From the NCBI GenBank assembly GCA_963845345.1, contig CAWJRQ010000002.1:52443-116442 (forward strand): DNA of 64,000 bases, read 5' to 3'. Numbering within the stretch: position 1 is the first letter of the stretch; every line of letters begins with the position of its first letter. The notes below the pieces were generated by a model that had not been told where the DNA came from, searched no databases, and worked only from the letters and a program-made list of their open reading frames with translations. The stretch is from an uncultured Acidobacteriaceae bacterium. Lineage in GTDB: Bacteria; Acidobacteriota; Terriglobia; Terriglobales; Acidobacteriaceae. Positions 57,490 through 64,000 of this stretch are shown in pieces. The translations under genes were made by a program, and so were the position numbers.

Positions 57490-58318
57490 GGGCGGCCTTT
57501 CTCGCGGCGTTGATCTCTTCGCGCAAATCGCGCGCCGCCGCCGCGGGAACGTCGCTGAAAAGAATCCCCCGCGAACTGTTGATCAAAAGCCCCTTGCCCT
57601 GCGCGTTCAGGCCCGCGGAAACCACTGCCGCCACATCGCCGCCCTGCGCGCCCACCCCCGGCACCAGCAGAGGAATCTCCGGCGCAATCGCTCGAATTCT
57701 TCTCATCTCCTCCGGGCAGGTCGCCCCCACAACCAGCATGCAGTTGCCCGCTACATTCCATTCCCTGCTCACGCGCAACGCAACCGTCTCCCACAACGGC
57801 CTGCCGCCGGACTTGAGATTCTGAAACTCGCCCGCCCCGGGGTTCGACGTCCGGCACAAGACAATGCACACCTTGTCGCGCCGCTCCAGAAACGGCGCAA
57901 GCGCCTCCTTGCCAAGATACGGGTGCAGCGTGACCGCATCAAAACCCATCGCATCGAAGATGGACGTCGCATATCCGCGATTTGAATTTCCAATATCGCC
58001 GCGCTTGGCATCGCAGATGGTAGGAATCTCCGGGTGCTCGCTGCGCAGATACTCCATCGTCAGCTCGAGTTCCTTCAGTCCCTGCGCGCCTCGAGCCTCG
58101 TAAAACGCCATGTTGGGCTTGTACGCGGCGGCATACGGATGGGTCTGCTCGATGATCCACCGGTTGAAGGCAAGCAGCGGCCGCTCTTTGCTTTTGAAGT
58201 GCGCGGGCAGGCGGTCAAATTCAGGGTCCAGCCCCACGCACAGCAGCGATCCCGCCGCCTCCGCCCGCCGCTCGAACTTTTGCATCGCTGCGTTCACAAG
58301 TCCTCTATTCAAAACCAT
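57476..58318 (-). CDS. pyrF: orotidine-5'-phosphate decarboxylase (subfamily 2)
   Basis: LCVGLDP, YKPNMAFYE, DAKRGDIGNS, RTSNPG, VVGAT, LVPGVGAQGG, NSSR. Confidence 0.95.
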   Translation of the reverse strand: MVLNRGLVNAAMQKFERRAEAAGSLLCVGLDPEFDRLPAHFKSKERPLLAFNRWIIEQTHPYAAAYKPNMAFYEARGAQGLKELELTMEYLRSEHPEIPTICDAKRGDIGNSNRGYATSIFDAMGFDAVTLHPYLGKEALAPFLERRDKVCIVLCRTSNPGAGEFQNLKSGGRPLWETVALRVSREWNVAGNCMLVVGATCPEEMRRIRAIAPEIPLLVPGVGAQGGDVAAVVSAGLNAQGKGLLINSSRGILFSDVPAAAARDLREEINAARKAAHAAR

Positions 58319-58958
58319 GCCGCTGAGCCCACGAATGTGGTTCTTCCAGCCAGTCGCGCACCACCGCCGCGCCCGCCTCATCGATCAGGTTGTGTTTGAG
58401 CGCGCTCTCCAGCGCCGCCTGAAACGTCGTTGCCGTGTGAAGTCGCACGCCCGCTTTCGCAAACTTCTCCGTGGCCTCCGGGAAGCCGTAGCTGATAATG
58501 GCCAGGCAATCGCTGACAACGGCTCCCTCGGCGCGCAATGCCTCGATGGCCGCGATGCTGCTGCCCCCGGTCGTCACCAGGTCCTCGATCAATACAACCC
58601 GCCTGCCTGTTACATCGCCACCCTCGACGCGCTTCTTTGTGCCATGCTCCTTCAGTTCTTTGCGTATGAAGACCGACGGCAGGCGCATCGAGAATCCCAG
58701 CGCCGCGCTATGCGGGATTCCCGCTGCCTCAACGCCGGCCACAACGTCTACCCGGATCTCCCGTTCGGCAATCAGGGCTTCAAAGCCGCGAATCACCTTT
58801 GCCCACTGCTCCGGCCAGAAGGGAAATCTCCGGTTGTCGCAGTATACCGGCGACTTGATCCCTGACTTGAAGGTGATCGGCGCCGCCGGCAGAAAAGCCA
58901 CTCCCTCAACCGCAATCAATGCGTCGGCAATCGCGCGGCTTCTGGCCTCACAGCTCAT
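58305..58958 (-). CDS. pyrE: orotate phosphoribosyltransferase
   Basis: SGIKSPVYCDNR, RKELKEHG, VLIEDLVTTGGS. Confidence 0.95.
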   Translation of the reverse strand: MSCEARSRAIADALIAVEGVAFLPAAPITFKSGIKSPVYCDNRRFPFWPEQWAKVIRGFEALIAEREIRVDVVAGVEAAGIPHSAALGFSMRLPSVFIRKELKEHGTKKRVEGGDVTGRRVVLIEDLVTTGGSSIAAIEALRAEGAVVSDCLAIISYGFPEATEKFAKAGVRLHTATTFQAALESALKHNLIDEAGAAVVRDWLEEPHSWAQRHGFE

Positions 58959-59522
58959 GTGCTTGCCCCTTGATCCTGTTCTAGTTGATTGTTTTGGGAA
59001 GCAGAGATTGTGTCGGCGTAGAGGCCGAACGGGCCGTGCTCTAAATTGTCCAGGCAGGACTCTGCCGGATCGAGAAAGGGCTCCATGGACATTCGCCAGA
59101 CTCCCTATATGTTGAGTATAGCGTATGGTTTTCTCTGCGATCCGGCATAGAGGATGGCCTCAATGGCGGCAAAATTGCGGCGGAATTGCTCCTTTGGACC
59201 CGTTTTTGTCATACGCTTGACTTTTTACGCCCAGGAAGTAGTCTGGTGGTGACAGGGTGTCTTTCTCAGTCTGCAAATCTCTTTCTTCCCGAGAATTATG
59301 TACGATTTTTCCTCATCTGGATAGGAGATGATAGAGGAAAGCACTTTAATTGACTGGCAGCAGGCTGGAAAACCTGGTCAAAGCTGTTCTGCTGAAGACT
59401 TTACTCCGGATCTAAGCCTGAATCCGCTGAGGGAAACAGGCAACTTCAGCTTTTATACTTCCGCCGGCGAAGTTCGTGACAGGCACGAAACATCTCCGGC
59501 GTCAGCCAGGCAGTGAGGCACC

Positions 59523-61035
59523 ATGTGCGGTATCGTCGGCGTCTTCGGGCATAGTACAGTTAGCGCGATTATCTATGAAGGCCTTTCCATGCTGCAGCAT
59601 CGCGGCCAGGATGCCGCGGGCATTGCCACCTGCTTTGAAGACCGGTTTTACCTCGAGAAGGGAAACGGCCTGCTCACCGACGTCTTCAAGGTGGACAATA
59701 TGGCGCGGCTGCTGGGTGCGATGGGCGTTGGGCATGTGCGCTACCCGACCGCGGGATGCTCGTCGGTTGCCGAAGCTCAGCCCTTCTACGTCAACTCGCC
59801 GTATGGCATCATCTTTGCTCACAATGGCAATCTGACGAACGTCTCGGAGATCGTGGACAGCATATTCCAGACGGATATGCGGCACTTGAACACCAGCTCC
59901 GATTCCGAGGTGATGTTGAACGTCTTTGCGCATGCGCTGGCGCGGCGCGCCGCCGATCAAACCCAGCGAGCACGATGTATTCGCGGCCGTGGAAGAGGTC
60001 CATGGGCGATGCAAGGGCGGATACGCGGCTATTGCCATGGTTGCCGGCGTGGGTATGATTGCCTTCCGCGATCTGCATGGTATCCGGCCCCTGGTCTTCG
60101 GCACTCGAGGCCAGGGCAAAGAAACTGAGTACATGTTCGCTTCCGAGAGCGTGGCGCTGCAGGGCGGCGGGTTCGTTCTGGACCGCGACCTCGCGCCGGG
60201 CGAGGTGATCTTCATCGACATGCAGGGCGCTGTCCACTCGCACGTCAGCCCGCAGGCGCATGAGAAGACGCCCTGCATCTTCGAGTTTGTTTATCTGGCG
60301 CGGCCGGACTCGGTGGTGGATGGCGCGTCGGTGTATCAGTGCCGCATCAACATGGGGACCAAGCTCGCCGAAAAGATCAAACGGGAGTGGGCGCATCTGC
60401 CCATTGATGTGGTGATTCCGATTCCTTCCACCAGCCGCGTGGCGGCGCAGGAGATTGCATTACAACTAAACCTTCCTTATCGCGATGCGCTGGTGAGGAA
60501 CCGCTACGTGGGCAGAACGTTCATCATGCCCGGGCAGGCGCAGCGCCGGCAGTCGGTTCGCCGCAAACTGAACCCCATCCCCAAGTTTTTTCAGGGGAAA
60601 AATGTGCTGCTGGTCGATGATTCCATCGTGCGCGGCACCACGATTAAAGAGATTATCGCCATGGTCCGCGAGCAGGGCGCAAAGAAAGTCTACGTCTGCT
60701 CGGCTGCGCCTCCGGTGCGTTTCCCCAATGTGTACGGGATCGATATGCCGGCACGCTCGGAACTGATTGCCAGCGGACGGAGCGTGCAGGAACTCGCCAG
60801 GGATATTGATGCCGACGAGCTGATCTATCAGGATCTTGATGATTTGAAAAAGGCAATTACCGAGACTGCGCCCGCGCTCACGCACTTCGACACGGCTATC
60901 TTCGATGGCATTTATGTCACCGGAGACATCACGGAAGAGTATCTCAACACGCTGGAACAACAACGGAACGACACTGCCAAACACACAGAAGATGTCGCAA
61001 GCCACATCACGAGAAATCTCTGGGCGCACCTCTGA
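59523..61035 (+). CDS. purF: amidophosphoribosyltransferase (frameshift near 59950)
   Basis: [61 protein letters not shown]. Confidence 0.95.
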
Positions 61036-61039
61036 CGGC

Positions 61040-64000
61040 ATGACGGTGCGGGTGCTGCCCGGTCCACCGGCGCTGACGGCGTCTGAAGCCGCGCGGCTGG
61101 CCGAACGGCTGCGCGCGCTCGATGGCCGCGTGGCCGCCGTCGATGCGTCGTATCTTTACTTGCTGCTGCTGCGCGCTGATTCCGCGGGCGGGATCGATCA
61201 CCAGAGATTGGCCGAGTTGCTGGGCGCAGGCGTAGAGCGTGCGCCGGGCCAGTGCGTGTGGATTGCGCCGCGCGTGGGAACGCAGTCGCCGTGGTCCAGC
61301 AAGGCGACGGACATCCTGCGCAACACGGGCTTTGGCGCGATTGAGCGCATCGAGCGCGCGCGCGTGGTAAGCATCGTTTCTCCCCACGCCGTCAATCTCC
61401 ATGCGCTGGCCGGTGCGCTGCATGATCGCATGACCGAGAGCGTCTTCTTCGAAAATGCAAACGAGTTGCAGGCGCTGTTTGCGCCACGCGCGCAGAAGGC
61501 GCTCGGGCATATTGACGTGCTGGGACAGGGGGCGGCGGCGATAGCCGCGGCCGATCGCGAACTGGGACTCTCGCTTGCCTCCGACGAGATCGATTACCTG
61601 GTCGCGGAGTTTACGCAGCTCAAGCGCAATCCCACCGACGTCGAGTTGTATATGTTCGCCCAGGCCAACAGCGAACACTGCCGCCACAAGATCTTCAATG
61701 CCAGTTGGACCATCGACGGTGTCAGGCAGCCGCGCTCGCTCTTTCAGATGATTCGCAATACCAATGAGGTCTCGGGCGAAAATGTGCTCTCGGCTTATCG
61801 CGATAATGCAGCGGTGATTCGCGGCGGACGCGGCGGAAGGTTTTTCCCCGAGCCGGATGGTGCGGCTTACGCTTATCACGAAGAAGAGATTCATATTATA
61901 TTGAAGGTGGAGACGCACAATCATCCCACGGCAATCTCGCCCTGGCCGGGGGCGGCGACGGGCTCGGGCGGCGAGATTCGTGATGAAGGAGCTACCGGGC
62001 GCGGAGCGAAGCCCAAGGCTGGCCTGTGCGGTTTTACGGTCTCGAATCTGCATCTGCCCCAGGCGCCGCAACCCTGGGAGCAAGCCTATGGACGGCCCGC
62101 GCATATTGCCTCGCCGCTCGACATCATGATCGAGGGGCCGCTGGGCGCGGCGGCCTACAACAACGAATATGGCAGGCCGGCGCTCGCTGGATACTTCCGC
62201 GCCTACGAGCAGTCGAGCATGAATTCTGAAGGCGCGGTCTTCGGCTATCACAAGCCGATCATGCTGGCCGGAGGGATGGGAAATATTCGCGCCGGGCACG
62301 TCGAGAAGGGCGCCATGCAGGCCGGCTTTGCGCTGGTTGCCTTCGGCGGCCCGGCCATGCTGATTGGCCTCGGCGGCGGCGCGGCTTCCAGCAGCGCGGG
62401 CAGCGGAAATACCGATCTCGACTTTGCTTCCGTGCAGCGCGATAACGCGGAGATGGAGCGCCGCGCGCAGGAGGTTATCGACCGCTGCTGGCAGCGCGGC
62501 GAGGCGAACCCGATTGCCTTTATTCACGACGTCGGCGCGGGCGGATTGTCGAATGCGTTTCCGGAGTTGATCAAGGACGGCGGATGCGGCGGGAGCTTTG
62601 ATTTGAACGCGATTCCGCGCGGCGAGGCCGGGATGAGTCCGCTGGAAGCGTGGTGCAACGAGGCGCAGGAGCGCTACGTGCTGGCCATTGCGCCGGAAAA
62701 TCTGCATCTGTTTGAGGACCTCTGCGAGCGTGAGCGGTGTCCCTTTGCCGTGATCGGTGTTGCGGAACAGCAGCCGCATCTTACGCTCAGCGATCATGAG
62801 GCGAAGGCCATCGACCTGCCGCTTCACGTGCTCTTCGGAAAGCCGCCCAAAATGGAGCGCACGTTTGCGCGAACGAAGATTGCCGCCGCTCCGCTCGATC
62901 TCGCGGGTGTCACCGTTGCGGATGCGGTAGAGCGGTTGCTGCGCCTGCCCACGATTGCGGCGAAAACATTTTTAATAACGATTGGCGATCGCAGCATTAC
63001 CGGCATGGTGGTGCAGGATCAGATGGTGGGGCCGTGGCAGGTTCCGGTGGCTGATTGCGCGGTCACGCTGGGCGCTTACGATTCTTTGTGGGGCGAGGCC
63101 ATGGCTATCGGCGAAAAGACGCCGTTGGCAATCATCGATGCGGCTCGCTCGGCGCGCATGGCCGTCGGCGAGGTGATTACCAATCTGGCGGGCGCGGCAA
63201 TCGGGCTGGATCAGGTTGGAATACTCGGCGACATCAAACTCTCGGCAAACTGGATGGCCGCCTCGGGCGAGGGGCAGGAGGATCAGAAGCTCTTCGACGC
63301 CGTTCATGCGGTGGGCATGGAGTTTTGCCCGGCGCTGGGAATGACGATTCCCGTGGGCAAAGACTCGATGTCCATGAAGACGAAGTGGACCGGTGAAAGC
63401 GGCGAAACTAAAACTGTGCTCTCGCCGCTCTCGCTCGTTGTCTCTGGCTTTGCTCCGGTCAGCGATGTGCGCCGGACGCTGACGCCGCAGTTGTGCGAGG
63501 GCGATGCCTCGCTGATCCTGATCGATCTTGGTCATGGAAAAAATCGCCTGGGCGGATCGTGCATGGCGCAGGTGTACGGGCAGGTTGGAGACGAAGCTCC
63601 GGACGCGCCCGCAGCCGAGATAATGAAGTCGTTCTTCGCCGCTGTGCAGCAGCTCAATCGCGAAGGCAAACTGCTGGCATATCACGATCGCAGCGATGGC
63701 GGCTTGTTCGTGACGCTGGTGGAGATGGCCTTTGCCGGACGAATGGGGCTGGAAATCGATCTGCCGGTTGCAGGCCTGAAAGAGCTCTTCAGCGAAGAGC
63801 TGGGCGCGGTGGTGCAGGTTGCGGCGAAGGATGTCTCTGAGGTGCTTGCAAGGCTCAGCGCTGCCGGTCTTGCGGCGAGGGTGATTGGGCGTGGCGTGCC
63901 GGGCAATGAGATCGTGATGCGCGGCGGCGGCCAGGTTGCCTATCGCAACACGCGCACCGCGCTGCACGCGATGTGGGCGGAGACCAGCTTTCACATCCAG
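61040..64000 (+). CDS. purL: large single-chain FGAM synthase, runs off the window end (absent from ORF track)
   Basis: Manual translation: [79 protein letters not shown]. Confidence 0.93.
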   Translation, partial: MTVRVLPGPPALTASEAARLAERLRALDGRVAAVDASYLYLLLLRADSAGGIDHQRLAELLGAGVERAPGQCVWIAPRVGTQSPWSSKATDILRNTGFGAIERIERARVVSIVSPHAVNLHALAGALHDRMTESVFFENANELQALFAPRAQKALGHIDVLGQGAAAIAAADRELGLSLASDEIDYLVAEFTQLKRNPTDVELYMFAQANSEHCRHKIFNASWTIDGVRQPRSLFQMIRNTNEVSGENVLSAYRDNAAVIRGGRGGRFFPEPDGAAYAYHEEEIHIILKVETHNHPTAISPWPGAATGSGGEIRDEGATGRGAKPKAGLCGFTVSNLHLPQAPQPWEQAYGRPAHIASPLDIMIEGPLGAAAYNNEYGRPALAGYFRAYEQSSMNSEGAVFGYHKPIMLAGGMGNIRAGHVEKGAMQAGFALVAFGGPAMLIGLGGGAASSSAGSGNTDLDFASVQRDNAEMERRAQEVIDRCWQRGEANPIAFIHDVGAGGLSNAFPELIKDGGCGGSFDLNAIPRGEAGMSPLEAWCNEAQERYVLAIAPENLHLFEDLCERERCPFAVIGVAEQQPHLTLSDHEAKAIDLPLHVLFGKPPKMERTFARTKIAAAPLDLAGVTVADAVERLLRLPTIAAKTFLITIGDRSITGMVVQDQMVGPWQVPVADCAVTLGAYDSLWGEAMAIGEKTPLAIIDAARSARMAVGEVITNLAGAAIGLDQVGILGDIKLSANWMAASGEGQEDQKLFDAVHAVGMEFCPALGMTIPVGKDSMSMKTKWTGESGETKTVLSPLSLVVSGFAPVSDVRRTLTPQLCEGDASLILIDLGHGKNRLGGSCMAQVYGQVGDEAPDAPAAEIMKSFFAAVQQLNREGKLLAYHDRSDGGLFVTLVEMAFAGRMGLEIDLPVAGLKELFSEELGAVVQVAAKDVSEVLARLSAAGLAARVIGRGVPGNEIVMRGGGQVAYRNTRTALHAMWAETSFHIQ

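Noticed and set aside
59328-59516. Leader peptide or ZMP riboswitch upstream of purF
   Set aside because: No recognisable consensus; the ORF has no motif and poor RBS spacing.
61007-63994. Long minus-strand ORFs (also 33708..35156, 43720..45312, 26..1030)
   Set aside because: Antisense shadows of GC-rich real genes (purL, aspS, thrS, sigma operon).

Overview
This is a GC-rich bacterial chromosome segment that looks like Acidobacteriaceae (inferred from gene content and protein style). Single-base indels split many essential genes (dnaG, thrS, lpdA, miaA, purF) and are most likely long-read errors. The backbone contains an ECF sigma/anti-sigma/DUF4252 operon, gluQ, dnaG-rpoD, tRNA-Pro(CGG), an S53 peptidase, aspS, hisS, lpdA, miaA, rpsU, thrS, an M48 peptidase, tspO, csp, a PLP decarboxylase, glgP, and pyrE-F-C-B divergent from purF-purL. 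Five accessory signals stand out. (1) A tandem array of six secreted paralogues at 3.2-8.4 kb has shuffled modules, variable cores, a fixed LC(G/S)GG...F tail and a duplicated intergenic hairpin. (2) A decayed island of about 16.5 kb at tRNA-Pro is bracketed by TGTACCGA doublets. It carries a roughly 2,000-aa DUF4062-NACHT protein with a compositionally foreign C-terminal region, translationally coupled to a CxxCxGxG zinc-finger gene and preceded by TIR and DUF4062 relics. (3) HisRS carries a 140-codon AT-richer in-frame insertion in its catalytic domain. (4) A RAYT transposase and an adjacent HEPN (RX4H) gene are each bracketed by the same REP palindrome, and other REP-like elements are nested in each other or translated inside a gene. 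(5) A pyr/pur cluster includes an E. coli-type PurF and a large single-chain PurL. All family assignments come from motif recognition by eye; no searches were run.
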